Part shown: piece by piece, positions 39,166 through 51,268 of the stretch | Numbering within the stretch: position 1 is the first letter of the stretch | Layout of the letters: every line of letters begins with the position of its first letter | NCBI GenBank assembly: GCA_015058985.1 | Contig: SVBH01000001.1 | Span: forward strand, 195,354 to 259,353 | Direction of reading: 5' to 3' | Length of the DNA stretch: 64,000 nt | DNA from: Erysipelotrichaceae bacterium | Lineage (GTDB): Bacteria > Bacillota_I > Bacilli_A > RFN20 > DUOF01 | The notes under the pieces: model-generated | Database searches by the model: none | Told to the model about the DNA's origin: nothing | Seen by the model: the letters and a program-made list of their open reading frames with translations, nothing else | Position numbers and translations under genes: made by a program

Positions 39166-40225
39166 ATTTTTTACCACCTTTTTTGTTTGAATTCAAATAA
39201 TACATAACCAATGTTTGTAAAACACTAAATACTGATCCTAAAGTCCAATAAATAGCCATTGCTGCAGGTAAGAAGAAACCTGTCCATAAGACTAATATTA
39301 ACATGAATATCATAGTTCCATTCATATTTTGTTTTCTCACTGGTTTGTGTTGTTTCTTAGCTTTTCTATTAGCCAACCAACCAGATAATTTCATTGATAA
39401 TACTTGTCCAAGAATCATTATAATGAATAAAATAATTCCAAATAAATTACCATCAAATACTTGTGTTGATAATTTAGCACCAAATGATAAACCTAAGAAA
39501 GATCCCTCTTGTAAAATTGTAATATTTTGAACTGCTCCCCATATAGCAATAAATATAGGCATTGTTATAAAAGGAGTTAATAACATTGATAAAGGATTAA
39601 TATTATATTGAGAATACAATGCTTGCATTTTTAATGCATATTTTTGTTTTTCTGCTTGTGATGTTGCTTTACTATAAGCTTCATTTATTTCCATTAATTC
39701 AGGTTGGATATCCTGTAGTTTTTGAGTTTGTTTTGTACTTTTCCAAGTTATAGCTAAAACTAGTAATTTAATTACTAAAGTAACCATAACTAAGGCAAAA
39801 AATTTAGCAACACCTGTTGATCCAAACCAATTTATAAATAAAATCATTAATGCAGAAATAGGATAAACAAGAAGACCTTCCATTATTCCTTCTTTCCAAG
39901 CATCTCCCCAAGTTTTCTTTTCATAGGTTACGCCTGATTCAGATTCATAATCAGATATTACGATACATTTTTTGTTAAAACTCTTATATTCTTTGTTTAA
40001 TTCAGAATCAACATATTTTTGTATTTCTTCATCTGTTGTCTTTCCAGCATCAATAGCTTCTTGTCTCCAACTGGTTTCATATTGTTCCAATAAATGTTTT
40101 TTGATATTAGCTTTATCTGTCTTGCTACAAAAATCAGAAGTGCACCCTGTAAACAGAAAAACACAGAATACTAAAGGTAATATTTTAATTAATAGATTTT
40201 TTTTCTTTTTCATAAGTTCCCTCAA
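39146..40225 (-). CDS. yidC: Membrane protein insertase YidC/SpoIIIJ (lipoprotein type)
   Basis: Lipobox FTGC and five TM segments. It follows rnpA. Confidence 0.9.
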   Translation of the reverse strand: MRELMKKKKNLLIKILPLVFCVFLFTGCTSDFCSKTDKANIKKHLLEQYETSWRQEAIDAGKTTDEEIQKYVDSELNKEYKSFNKKCIVISDYESESGVTYEKKTWGDAWKEGIMEGLLVYPISALMILFINWFGSTGVAKFFALVMVTLVIKLLVLAITWKSTKQTQKLQDIQPELMEINEAYSKATSQAEKQKYALKMQALYSQYNINPLSMLLTPFITMPIFIAIWGAVQNITILQEGSFLGLSFGAKLSTQVFDGNLFGIILFIIMILGQVLSMKLSGWLANRKAKKQHKPVRKQNMNGTMIFMLILVLWTGFFLPAAMAIYWTLGSVFSVLQTLVMYYLNSNKKGGKKYEKVYK

Positions 40226-40553
40226 TTCTTTCTTTCATTTTTTTATACAAAGTCTCTAAAGATAGATAATTCCTTTGAAAATCATTATCTAAAAATTTTG
40301 ACCTAGCAATGATGATTATATCATAAGATAAATCAAGATTGCATAATTTTCTTATTATTTCATTTATTTGTCTTTTAACTTTATGCCTAACAACTGAATT
40401 ACCAATTTTTTTACTTACACTAATACCTATTCTACTATATTCAAAAGCATTCTTATAATAGTACATAGTATAAGAATCATTAGAAACAAAACATTTCTTA
40501 TTTATCACATTTTGAAAATCTTGATTTTTCTTTAAGCGATACTCTTTTTTCAT
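40185..40553 (-). CDS. rnpA: Ribonuclease P protein component
   Basis: Basic RnpA sequence; the likely start is MKKEYRLKK at 40553. It lies immediately downstream of rpmH. Confidence 0.85.
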   Translation of the reverse strand: MKKEYRLKKNQDFQNVINKKCFVSNDSYTMYYYKNAFEYSRIGISVSKKIGNSVVRHKVKRQINEIIRKLCNLDLSYDIIIIARSKFLDNDFQRNYLSLETLYKKMKERIEGTYEKEKKSIN

Positions 40554-40563
40554 AGTTATTAAT

Positions 40564-40590
40564 TTGAAAAAAACCACTTTTCAGTGGTCT
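40564..40590 (-). terminator. Candidate attenuator/partial terminator between rpmH and rnpA
   Basis: Hairpin accact/agtggt with loop tttc, followed on the minus strand by a 7-nt U-run. Confidence 0.45.
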
Positions 40591-40593
40591 TTC

Positions 40594-40728
40594 TTAAGCG
40601 GTTAATTCCTTTCTTCCTTTTGCTCTTCTACGAGCTATAACATTTCTACCATTAGCTGTTGCCATTCTTGCTCTAAAACCATGTGTTTTAGCATGTTTTC
40701 TTTTACTAGGTTGATAAGTTCTTTTCAT
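40594..40728 (-). CDS. rpmH: 50S ribosomal protein L34
   Basis: Manual translation of the minus strand gives [44 protein letters not shown]. It is absent from the ORF track. RBS GGAGGTG. Confidence 0.9.
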   Translation of the reverse strand: MKRTYQPSKRKHAKTHGFRARMATANGRNVIARRRAKGRKELTA

Positions 40729-40740
40729 TATTACACCTCC

Positions 40741-41125
40741 ACGTTAAATTTATACCACGCCCAAATTATATAGATAAAAAGACTTTAAGTCAATAAAAAT
40801 AAGGTTTATCAACGTTTTTTTTTATCCCAAAAATAAGTGGAAAACCATCCAAAGTTGTGTGGAAAAGTTAATTTTATTTAAGTATTATAAGAGTTATAAG
40901 AGTGTGAATAACTTTTTAAATGTGGAAAACTTTATCCACTTTTAACAAAAAATCAACGTTTATAAAGTTATTCTCAATTTATCCACAAACTAATATTTGT
41001 TGAAAATGTAAAAAAGTCATACAGAGTATAGATTTTTGCTGTTGATAACTTTGTGGAAAGATAAAAATAAATGGACTTTTCCACAATAAATGGTATAGTT
41101 AAAAAGAGTAAAGGGGAGTGGAATA
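40741..41125. promoter_or_regulatory. oriC: oriC part 1: DnaA-box cluster upstream of dnaA (incA/B-like)
   Basis: One perfect TTATCCACA (40979-40987). Near matches: TGTGGAAAA (40858-40866), TGTGGAAAA (40921-40929), TTATCCACT (40932-40940), TTTTCCACA (41077-41085) and TGTGGAAAG (41053-41061). Confidence 0.8.
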
Positions 41126-42481
41126 ATGTTATCAAAATTAAGTAACATTTGGGATGAAGTTCTTTCTAAGATAAAACCACAAATAAACGATGCAAATATA
41201 TTCGATAATTTCTTATCAGCCACTAAATTAGTAAATTTAGAAGGAGATACAGCAACTATCAGTGTTCCATCTAAATTCACGAGAGAATTATTAGTTATTA
41301 AATATTTAGATTTAATACAAAATTGTCTATGTGAAGTTACAGAAACTAACTTCAAATGTGTTATCAAAGAAGAAAAGGAAATAAATGTTCCTGTTAGGGG
41401 TAATTTTTCAACTGATGATGCTTTGCAAAGTACAAATTTAAATACTAAATACACTTTCGACAACTTTGTTGTCGGTACATGTAATAGAGAATGTCATTCA
41501 GCAGCATTGACAGTTGCAATTGAACCAGGTAATTTCTATAACCCTTTGTTTATCTATGGAAAATCAGGGATAGGAAAAACTCACTTATTGCATGCAATTG
41601 GAAATTATGCACGTTTAAAACAACCTAGAACTTTTAAAATTTTATATACATCTTCTCAAGATTTTATGGATGATTTATTCAAATCATTCAGAGAAGAAAG
41701 AGGAGCTGAATTATTAAAAGAAAAGATTAAATCTATTGATTTACTTTTAATAGATGATATTCAATTTTTCTCTGGAAAAGATAAGATGGGAGAAATATTC
41801 TTCCAATTATTCAATAATTTAATAAATTCTAGAAAACAAATAGTTATCACAAGTGATAGACCTCCACATGAATTAAAAGGTTTAGAAGATCGACTTGTAA
41901 GTAGATTTGCGTCTGGTTTAAGTGTTGGAATTGAAAACCCTGAATTTGATACTTCTTTAAAAATATTACATAAAAAGATTGAATCTTTAAATTTAACAAC
42001 AGAAAAAATAGAAGAAGATGTTTTAAATCATATAGCTTTAAAATACTCTAGTGATATAAGACAATTAGAAGGCGCTTTAAATAGATTAATTTACTATGCT
42101 ATTAATTTTAAACAACAAGATTACATTGATATGGATTTAGCTTTAGAGGCGTTTAAAGGTTTAGCTCCTTCTGTAAGTAAGAAAAATGAATCAGTTTCTG
42201 TAGACAGAATCAAAAACGCAGTAGCTGATTATTATAACTTATCAACAACTCAGTTGATATCTAAAGTTAGAACAAACAATATAGCTACCGCAAGACACGT
42301 TGCTATGTACTTATGTAGAAGTATATTAGACATTCCTTTCATACAAATTGGAGTAGAATTTGGAGGAAGAGATCATTCAACTGTGATTAATGCGTGTGAA
42401 AAAATTGAAAGTTTGTTGAAAACTGATGAGCAATATAAAAAGGTTATAGATGAGTTAAAATTCATCTTAAAAAGTAAATAA
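41126..42481 (+). CDS. dnaA: Chromosomal replication initiator DnaA
   Basis: AAA+ domain (GKSGIGKTHLL) and the C-terminal DnaA-box-binding domain. Flanked by DnaA-box clusters. Confidence 0.97.
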   Translation: MLSKLSNIWDEVLSKIKPQINDANIFDNFLSATKLVNLEGDTATISVPSKFTRELLVIKYLDLIQNCLCEVTETNFKCVIKEEKEINVPVRGNFSTDDALQSTNLNTKYTFDNFVVGTCNRECHSAALTVAIEPGNFYNPLFIYGKSGIGKTHLLHAIGNYARLKQPRTFKILYTSSQDFMDDLFKSFREERGAELLKEKIKSIDLLLIDDIQFFSGKDKMGEIFFQLFNNLINSRKQIVITSDRPPHELKGLEDRLVSRFASGLSVGIENPEFDTSLKILHKKIESLNLTTEKIEEDVLNHIALKYSSDIRQLEGALNRLIYYAINFKQQDYIDMDLALEAFKGLAPSVSKKNESVSVDRIKNAVADYYNLSTTQLISKVRTNNIATARHVAMYLCRSILDIPFIQIGVEFGGRDHSTVINACEKIESLLKTDEQYKKVIDELKFILKSK

Positions 42482-42601
42482 AATAAAGGAAAAAATGATT
42501 TATTAACTATCAAAAATATGGTAGAATATAGATAGTGAAAAAGTGGTTATCCACTTATCCACAGAGCTTATTATTATTTAATTATACTTAGGAGGAATAT
42601 T
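42482..42601. promoter_or_regulatory. oriC: oriC part 2: DnaA boxes plus AT-rich unwinding element between dnaA and dnaN
   Basis: Overlapping boxes TTATCCACT (42547-42555) and TTATCCACA (42555-42563), followed by an AT-rich stretch ttattattatttaattatactta (candidate DUE). Confidence 0.75.
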
Positions 42602-43723
42602 ATGAGATTTATTATTTCGAGAGTTCACTTAATGAATGCTTTAAACATTGTATCAAAAGCTGTTTCTAACAAAAGTCCTTTACCAATTTTGAATGGAATA
42701 AAATTTGAATTAACTAATGATGAATTAATTTTGTTAGGAAGTGATACTGATATATCAATCAAAACAATAATTCCTTCAGTAGAAAATGGTAATCAAATTA
42801 TCAATATATTTGATACAGGAGAAATTGTTTTATCAAGTAAGTACATAACAGAGATAGTTAGAAAAATAGATAGTGAAAGAATTGAAATTGAAATATTAGA
42901 TGGAAATTTAGTAAAAATTAGTGATCAACATACAAATTTTAATTTAAACGGAATCAAAGCTAAGGATTATCCTCAAATAGATTTACATTCAAATGGAAAT
43001 TTAATTTCCTTAAATGCTCAAACTTTAAAATTTGCGTTGAATCAAACTATATTTGCTGCTTCTATTTCTGAAACAAGACCTATGTTAACAGGTGTTAATT
43101 TTAAAATGGATGGAAATGTATTAGAGTGTGTAGCAACTGATACATTTAGATTAGCCAAGAAAACAATCAAAACTAATGAATCTGCTTTCTTTAACGTAAC
43201 TGTTCCATCAAAAAGTTTATCTGAAGTGTCTAAAATAATTGATAACGATGAAATTGTTAACATTTACTTTTCTGAAAAGAAAGTTTTATTTAAATTACCA
43301 AAAACAACAATAGCAACAAGAATTATAAGTGGAGTTTATCCAGATACTTCAAAATTAATTCCAACTAATCAAGATTATAAATTAGAAGTTATAACAAATA
43401 ATATTTTAGCAGCTGTTGATAGAGCTTCTTTATTATCAACAGATAGAAATAACATAGTAAAATTAAATATGAGCCAAGAAAAAGTGGAAATATCATCAAA
43501 TAGTCAAGAAATTGGATTTGTAAATGAGAGATTAAACACTTTTATGTATGAAGGAGAAAAAATGAGTATTTCTTTCTCTGCTCAATATGTTCAAGATGCA
43601 ATAAAAGCTGTTGGTAGTGAAGATATTCAGTTATTATTCGTTGGAGATATGAAACCTTTTGTTATTAAAAATAAAGAGGACGATTCTATTATTCAATTAG
43701 TAGTTCCAGTCAGAACTTATTAA
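42602..43723 (+). CDS. dnaN: DNA polymerase III beta sliding clamp
   Basis: 373 aa, three-domain clamp. Its position after dnaA matches B. subtilis. RBS AGGAGG. Confidence 0.95.
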   Translation: MRFIISRVHLMNALNIVSKAVSNKSPLPILNGIKFELTNDELILLGSDTDISIKTIIPSVENGNQIINIFDTGEIVLSSKYITEIVRKIDSERIEIEILDGNLVKISDQHTNFNLNGIKAKDYPQIDLHSNGNLISLNAQTLKFALNQTIFAASISETRPMLTGVNFKMDGNVLECVATDTFRLAKKTIKTNESAFFNVTVPSKSLSEVSKIIDNDEIVNIYFSEKKVLFKLPKTTIATRIISGVYPDTSKLIPTNQDYKLEVITNNILAAVDRASLLSTDRNNIVKLNMSQEKVEISSNSQEIGFVNERLNTFMYEGEKMSISFSAQYVQDAIKAVGSEDIQLLFVGDMKPFVIKNKEDDSIIQLVVPVRTY

Positions 43724-43754
43724 AGAGTCAAAAAAGACTCTTTTTATTTTTTTA
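43722..43754 (+). terminator. Intrinsic terminator after dnaN
   Basis: Stem aaagagtc/gactcttt with loop aaaaaa, then a T-run. Confidence 0.7.
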
Positions 43755-43931
43755 TTAAAAAGAAAAAAATTTTTTGGTAAAACTATACGAAAAAGTACAA
43801 AAAACTCTAAATAAGGCGAAAAAAGGTAAAAAAAGAAATTAAAAAGCAGATATTCTTTGCTTTTTTTTTGCTTTAATGATAAAATATTAATATAAATATT
43901 TATATTAATAAGTGAAAAAAAGGTGAAAAAT

Positions 43932-44144
43932 ATGACTAAAATAAAAATTAATACAGAGTATATTACGTTAGGACAATTTTTGAAATTTGCAAATATAATT
44001 TCAAATGGTTCAGAAGCTAAATTTTTTTTACTAGAAAATAAAATATTTGTGAATGGAGAAAAAGAAAATAGAAGGGGCAAGAAATTATATGATGGGTATC
44101 TTGTGAAAATCAACGAAAATGAGTTTCAGGTACAAAAAGAATGA
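43932..44144 (+). CDS. yaaA: S4-like RNA-binding protein YaaA
   Basis: ITLGQFLKFANIISNGSEAKFFL...NRRGKKLY closely matches B. subtilis YaaA. RBS AAGGTG lies 6 nt before the ATG at 43932. Confidence 0.85.
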   Translation: MTKIKINTEYITLGQFLKFANIISNGSEAKFFLLENKIFVNGEKENRRGKKLYDGYLVKINENEFQVQKE

Positions 44145-45244
44145 AACTAACAAATATTAGATTAAGAGATTTTCGAAATTATCAAGATATTAATTTGAAT
44201 TTTTCTAAGAGTAACATTAATGTTTTGTATGGTGATAACGCTCAAGGAAAAACCAATTTGGTAGAATCTATTCATTATGCTTCTTTGTTAAATTCATTTA
44301 GGACTAACAATGATCAAAGTCTTATAAATAAAGATAAAATGTTTTCTATAATGGAATACGATTTTGAAAAGAATAATAAAAAAGTAAAAATAAAAATTGT
44401 GTTGAGTAAATCAGGAAAAAAAATTTACGTCGATAATGTTGAATTTAAAAAATTTAGAGATTATATAGGACAAGTTAATGTTATTTCTTTCTGTAGTGAT
44501 GATATAAGGAAATTTAAAGAAGCGCCTAAGGAAAGAAGAAAATTTTTTGATGAAGAAATAAGTAAGTTTGATAAAAAATATTTACTCCACTTGTTAAAAA
44601 TAAAAAAATATTTAAAACAAAGAAATGAAATTTTAAAGAATGAAACAAAATATTTAAATGAGTACTTAGATGTAATTGATCAAAAGATTTCAGAAGACAG
44701 TTTATATATATGTGAAATAAGAAAAAAATTTATTGATGAGATAAATAAAAATTTAAGTAATATTTACTTTAAATTAACAAATCAAAAAGTTGAATTAAAA
44801 GTAAAATATTCTTCACTTTTAAAAAAAGAAGATTTAACGTTAGAAAATATCAAAAAAATTTATAAAGATAATAGAGAAAAGGATATCGAAAAAAAACAAA
44901 CAAATGTAGGAATTCAAAAAGAAAATTTTGAATGTTTAATAGATAATCAAATATATTCAGAATATGCATCACAAGGACAACAAAGATTAATTCTTCTAGC
45001 TATAAAATTAAGTGTTTTAAAAATTATCGAAGAAGAAAATAAAATAAAAGCATTATTGATTTTAGATGATATTTTTTCTGAATTAGATAACGAAAAAAAG
45101 AAACAAATTCTAGAATATATAAAAAATGAAAATCAAATTTTTATAACCACAACAAATAAAAAAGAAATACAATTAAAAAATTTAGATATAGATATCTCGT
45201 ATTTTAATGTAAATAAAGGTGTAATAACAGAAAGGATGGATTAA
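44141..45244 (+). CDS. recF: DNA replication and repair protein RecF
   Basis: Walker A GDNAQGKTN and an ABC signature-like SQGQQR. Confidence 0.9.
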   Translation: MKLTNIRLRDFRNYQDINLNFSKSNINVLYGDNAQGKTNLVESIHYASLLNSFRTNNDQSLINKDKMFSIMEYDFEKNNKKVKIKIVLSKSGKKIYVDNVEFKKFRDYIGQVNVISFCSDDIRKFKEAPKERRKFFDEEISKFDKKYLLHLLKIKKYLKQRNEILKNETKYLNEYLDVIDQKISEDSLYICEIRKKFIDEINKNLSNIYFKLTNQKVELKVKYSSLLKKEDLTLENIKKIYKDNREKDIEKKQTNVGIQKENFECLIDNQIYSEYASQGQQRLILLAIKLSVLKIIEEENKIKALLILDDIFSELDNEKKKQILEYIKNENQIFITTTNKKEIQLKNLDIDISYFNVNKGVITERMD

Positions 45245-47185
<1,941 letters not shown>

Positions 47186-47199
47186 GGAGGAGAAAGAAA

Positions 47200-49692
47200 A
47201 TGGCTACAAATAAAGATGATGAATTATTTACAAAACCACATGAAGAACCAACATTAATTAACATCTCTACCGAAGTTAGAAATTCTTTCTTAGCTTATGC
47301 AATGTCAGTTATCGTTGCTAGAGCCCTACCTGATGTTAGAGATGGATTAAAACCAGTTCATAGAAGAATTCTTTTCTCAATGAATGACCAAGGAATGCAA
47401 CATGATAAACCATATAAGAAATGTGCTCGTATCGTCGGAGATGTTATGGGTAAATATCACCCTCACGGTGACTCTGCAATTTATGATGCATTAGTAAGAC
47501 TTGCACAAGATTTTTCAAGTAGATATCCAATGGTAGATGGACATGGAAACTTTGGTAATATTGATGGAGATGGAGCTGCAGCAATGCGTTATACCGAAGC
47601 TAGATTAACAAAAATTGCTTCTGAAATGGTTAAAGATATTAATAAAGATACAGTTGATTTTATGGATAACTACGATGGAGAAGAACAAGAACCAACTGTT
47701 CTACCATCTAAAATCCCTAATATTTTAGTAAACGGTAGTACTGGAATTGCGGTTGGTATGGCAACTAATATTCCTCCGCATAATTTAGGAGAAGTAATTG
47801 ATGCAATACTTGCGATTATGGAAAATCCTGATATTACCGCAGTAGATATTATTAATAATTACCTATATGGACCAGACTTTCCTACAGGAGCTATAATCCT
47901 AGGAAAATCCGGAATTAAAAAAGCTTATGAAACAGGAAATGGAACAATTGTTCTTCGTTCAAAAACTGAAATAGAAGAAATGGAACATGGTAAAAAGAGA
48001 ATTGTCGTAACAGAAATTCCGTATCAAGTAAATAAATCTTCTCTAGTTGAAAAAATAGGTAATTTGGTAAGAGATAAAATTATTGAAGGAATTACTGCTT
48101 TAAGAGATGAATCAAGTAGAGAAGGAATTAGAATTGTTATTGAACTTAGAAAAGATATAGTCCCAGAAGTTATTTTAAATCAATTATTTAAATTAACTCA
48201 ATTACAAATAAGTTATGGAATAAATACCTTAGCAATTGTAAATGGAGAACCAAAAATTCTTCCTTTAGTAGATTTAATTAAATTATATCTAGACTTCCAA
48301 GAAGAAGTTTTTGTAAGAAGGACTAGATTTGATTTAAAAATACTTACAGATAGAAAACATATTTTAGAAGGATTAAAAATAGCAGTTGATAACATTGATG
48401 CAATTATTAATGTTATTAGAAATAGTAGAGAAGCTGATAATGGTCAACAAGAATTACAAGAAACATTTGGTTTATCTGAAAAACAAAGTAAAGCAATTCT
48501 TGAAATGAGACTTCAAAGATTATCAGGAATTCAAAGAGATAAAATTCATGAAGAATTAACTCAAATCACTGCTCAAATAACAGAATTAGAAACTATCTTG
48601 GCAGATAGAAATTTAATACTAGAACATATTAAAAATGAATTATTAGAAATTAAGGCAAAATACGCCGATCCAAGAAGAACAGAAATATCAAATGAAAGTT
48701 ACGATATTGATGATGAAGATTTGATTCCAGAAGAAGATATCACTATCACATTAACTTCAAATGGTTATATTAAAAGAGTAACTACTGACACTTATAAAAC
48801 TCAAAATAGAGGTGGAAAAGGTGTTAAAGGTATGACTACTAATGAAGCTGATGTTGTAGATTTGATTCTTACAACAAAAACACACACAGATATCTTATTC
48901 TTCACTAACGTTGGTAAAGTTTATAGATTAAGAGGACACCAAGTACCAGAATATAGCAGACAAGCTAAAGGAATTCCTGCTATCAACTTACTAAATATGG
49001 ACAAAAATGAAAAAGTAAGAGCTATGATTAGTCTAGATGAATATAGTGAAGATCAAACATTAACATTTGTTACAGTAGAAGGTATTGTCAAACGTGTTCC
49101 ATTAGAGGAATTTGTAAGAATTCGTCAAAGTGGTAAAATTGCAGTAACTTTAAAAGAAAATGATGAATTATTTGCTGTTAAAAAAACCACTGGAAATGAA
49201 GAAATATTAATTGCTTGTTCAACAGGAAAAGTTGTTAGATTCAACGAAAACGATGTAAGAATCATGGGTAGAACTGCAATGGGAGTTAAAGGTATTGAAA
49301 CTGTAGGTGGAGTTGTAGTAGGAGTTGCTACTTCTTCTGAAGGAGAATACTTACTATCCGTAACTGATAAAGGTTATGGAAAAATGTCTAAAATCGTTGA
49401 TTATCGTTTATCTTTAAGAGGTGGACGTGGAGTTAGAACTATTGAGGCAACAGAGAAAAATGGACACTTAATTGGTACAAAAGCAGTAAAAGGTGATGAA
49501 GATTTGATGATAGTTACCAATAAAGGTATTATTATTAGGATTTCACTAGAAACTATGAAAGTTTCAAGCAGAAGTACACAAGGTGTTAGATTGATAAAAC
49601 TTAACGATGATCAAAGGGTTTCTTCTATAGAAATTGTTGAAAAACAACCTGAAGAAGAAATAGTTGAAACAGAGGTAAAAGAACAAGAATAA
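47200..49692 (+). CDS. gyrA: DNA gyrase subunit A
   Basis: Catalytic-Tyr region ([10 protein letters not shown]), a QRDR-like segment ([10 protein letters not shown]) and the C-terminal beta-pinwheel repeats. Confidence 0.97.
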   Translation: MATNKDDELFTKPHEEPTLINISTEVRNSFLAYAMSVIVARALPDVRDGLKPVHRRILFSMNDQGMQHDKPYKKCARIVGDVMGKYHPHGDSAIYDALVRLAQDFSSRYPMVDGHGNFGNIDGDGAAAMRYTEARLTKIASEMVKDINKDTVDFMDNYDGEEQEPTVLPSKIPNILVNGSTGIAVGMATNIPPHNLGEVIDAILAIMENPDITAVDIINNYLYGPDFPTGAIILGKSGIKKAYETGNGTIVLRSKTEIEEMEHGKKRIVVTEIPYQVNKSSLVEKIGNLVRDKIIEGITALRDESSREGIRIVIELRKDIVPEVILNQLFKLTQLQISYGINTLAIVNGEPKILPLVDLIKLYLDFQEEVFVRRTRFDLKILTDRKHILEGLKIAVDNIDAIINVIRNSREADNGQQELQETFGLSEKQSKAILEMRLQRLSGIQRDKIHEELTQITAQITELETILADRNLILEHIKNELLEIKAKYADPRRTEISNESYDIDDEDLIPEEDITITLTSNGYIKRVTTDTYKTQNRGGKGVKGMTTNEADVVDLILTTKTHTDILFFTNVGKVYRLRGHQVPEYSRQAKGIPAINLLNMDKNEKVRAMISLDEYSEDQTLTFVTVEGIVKRVPLEEFVRIRQSGKIAVTLKENDELFAVKKTTGNEEILIACSTGKVVRFNENDVRIMGRTAMGVKGIETVGGVVVGVATSSEGEYLLSVTDKGYGKMSKIVDYRLSLRGGRGVRTIEATEKNGHLIGTKAVKGDEDLMIVTNKGIIIRISLETMKVSSRSTQGVRLIKLNDDQRVSSIEIVEKQPEEEIVETEVKEQE

Positions 49693-49745
49693 AAATAAAT
49701 TATGGTATTTTGTATCTATGATATTATCATAGATACAAACACTAT

Positions 49746-49761
49746 AGTTTCACGTGAAACA
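49746..49761. promoter_or_regulatory. parS: parS site (15/16 match to TGTTNCACGTGAAACA) between gyrA and serS
   Basis: AGTTTCACGTGAAACA. The 14-bp core GTTTCACGTGAAAC is perfectly palindromic and sits immediately upstream of the serS RBS. Confidence 0.7.
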
Positions 49762-49772
49762 TAGGAGGAGTT

Positions 49773-51059
49773 ATGTTAGATATAAGATTAATTAGAGAAA
49801 ATCCTGAAATAGTAAAAGAAAATATAAAAAGAAAGTTCCAAGATGAAAAAATTCCTTTAGTAGATAAAGTTATTGAATTAGATCAAAAAGTAAGACTTCT
49901 AAAAAAGGAAGGAGATGACTTAAGAGCAGAAAGAAATAGCACAAGTAAAAATATTGGAATTTTAATGGGGAAAAAACAAATTGAAGAAGCTAATCAAGCA
50001 AAACAAAGAGTTGTAGAAATAAACGAGAGATTAATTACAATAGAAAAAGATGAAGAAGAATTAGATGCAGAAATAAGAAAAATTATGCTAGTAATACCTA
50101 ATATAATTGATGTATCTGTTCCAGTAGGAAAAGATGATAGTGAGAATGTAGAAGTAGAAAAATTTGGAGAACCTATAGTACCATCATATGAAATTCCACA
50201 TCACGCAGATATAATAGCTAATTTCAATGGATTAGATAAAGAATCATCAGGAAGAACAAGTGGAAATGGTTTTTATTATTTAATAGGTGATATTGCTAGA
50301 TTACACTCAGCAATGTTAAGTTATGCTAGAGATTTTATGATTAATAAAGGATTTGATTATTGCATACCACCATTCATGATTAGAAGTGATGTTGTAAATG
50401 GTGTTATGAGTTTTGCTGAAATGGAAAATATGATGTATAAGATTGAAAATGAAGATTTATACTTGATTGGTACTAGTGAACATTCCATGATTGGTAGATT
50501 TAAAGATCAAATAGTAAAAGAAAATGAATTACCTATAAGATTAACATCTTATTCTCCTTGTTTTAGAAAAGAAGTAGGAGCACACGGAATTGAAGAAAGA
50601 GGAATTTATAGAGTTCATCAATTTGAAAAACAAGAAATGATAGTTTTATGTAAACCAGAGGATAGTATGGAATGGTATAACAAAATGTGGAGTTATACAG
50701 TAGAATTCTTTAGAAGTTTAGATGTACCTGTTAGAACACTAGAATGTTGTAGTGGAGATTTGGCAGATTTAAAAGTAAAAAGTTGTGATATTGAAGCTTG
50801 GAGTCCAAGACAACAAAAATATTTTGAAGTAGGATCTTGCTCAACTTTAGGAGATGCACAAGCTAGAAGACTTGCAATCCGTGCTAAAGGAGAAAAAGGA
50901 AATTATCTAGTCCACACTTTAAATAATACAGTTCTAGCAACCCCTAGAGGTTTAATTGCAGTTTTAGAAAATAATTTAAATGAAGATGGAAGTGTAAATA
51001 TTCCAGTTGCATTGCAACCTTATATGGGAGGAATGAAAAAAATAGAAAAAAGAAAATAA
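49773..51059 (+). CDS. serS: Serine--tRNA ligase
   Basis: N-terminal coiled-coil arm plus class II core motifs. RBS AGGAGG. There is no T-box leader; the upstream intergenic region is only 80 bp. Confidence 0.95.
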   Translation: MLDIRLIRENPEIVKENIKRKFQDEKIPLVDKVIELDQKVRLLKKEGDDLRAERNSTSKNIGILMGKKQIEEANQAKQRVVEINERLITIEKDEEELDAEIRKIMLVIPNIIDVSVPVGKDDSENVEVEKFGEPIVPSYEIPHHADIIANFNGLDKESSGRTSGNGFYYLIGDIARLHSAMLSYARDFMINKGFDYCIPPFMIRSDVVNGVMSFAEMENMMYKIENEDLYLIGTSEHSMIGRFKDQIVKENELPIRLTSYSPCFRKEVGAHGIEERGIYRVHQFEKQEMIVLCKPEDSMEWYNKMWSYTVEFFRSLDVPVRTLECCSGDLADLKVKSCDIEAWSPRQQKYFEVGSCSTLGDAQARRLAIRAKGEKGNYLVHTLNNTVLATPRGLIAVLENNLNEDGSVNIPVALQPYMGGMKKIEKRK

Positions 51060-51085
51060 AGTCTCTTATAGAGACTTTTTATTTT
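51059..51085 (+). terminator. Intrinsic terminator after serS
   Basis: Stem aagtctct/agagactt with loop tat, then a T-run. Confidence 0.7.
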
Positions 51086-51151
51086 TGTAACGAAATAAAT
51101 AGAAATTCAGAAATTGATTTTTCGATGCAAAATAGAAAAATAATTTTATGG

Positions 51152-51180
51152 TTGTAAAATACAAATAAATCACATATAAT
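51152..51180 (+). promoter_or_regulatory. Sigma-A-type promoter of the SRP RNA gene (TTGTAA-17-TATAAT)
   Basis: -35 TTGTAA at 51152-51157, a 17-nt spacer and -10 TATAAT at 51175-51180. The RNA 5' stem starts about 6 nt downstream. Confidence 0.7.
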
Positions 51181-51184
51181 ATTA

Positions 51185-51268
51185 GTGCTATCGCAATAGT
51201 AGAGCATGAACCTGGTCAGATCTGGAAGGAAGCAGCCATAAGTGTAATCGCTGTGTGCGATAGCCTTT
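51185..51268 (+). ncRNA. ffs: Signal recognition particle RNA, small (4.5S) type
   Basis: Contains the conserved SRP domain IV sequence CCUGGUCAGAUCUGGAAGGAAGCAGCCAUAAG. The terminal stem gcuaucgca/ugcgauagc closes the molecule, and a U-run follows at 51266-51270. Its position next to tadA/dnaX parallels scr in B. subtilis. Confidence 0.8.

Noticed and set aside
41017-41463. 148-aa minus-strand ORF spanning the oriC/dnaA start
   Set aside because: It is antisense to the dnaA 5' end and the DnaA-box cluster and has low-complexity composition, so it is spurious.
43745-43931. Possible small RNA or tRNA in the 190-bp dnaN-yaaA spacer
   Set aside because: It is extremely AT-rich with only weak hairpins and no cloverleaf or conserved RNA motif. 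It is better explained as a terminator plus a TTGCTT-17-TATAAA promoter for yaaA-recF.
49693-49772. Looked for a T-box riboswitch upstream of serS (and similarly upstream of metG at 58832-58928 and lysS at 16736-16791)
   Set aside because: The intergenic regions are 55-100 bp, far too short for a T-box leader, and there is no specifier or T-box consensus (AATTAGGGTGGTACCGCG-like) sequence.
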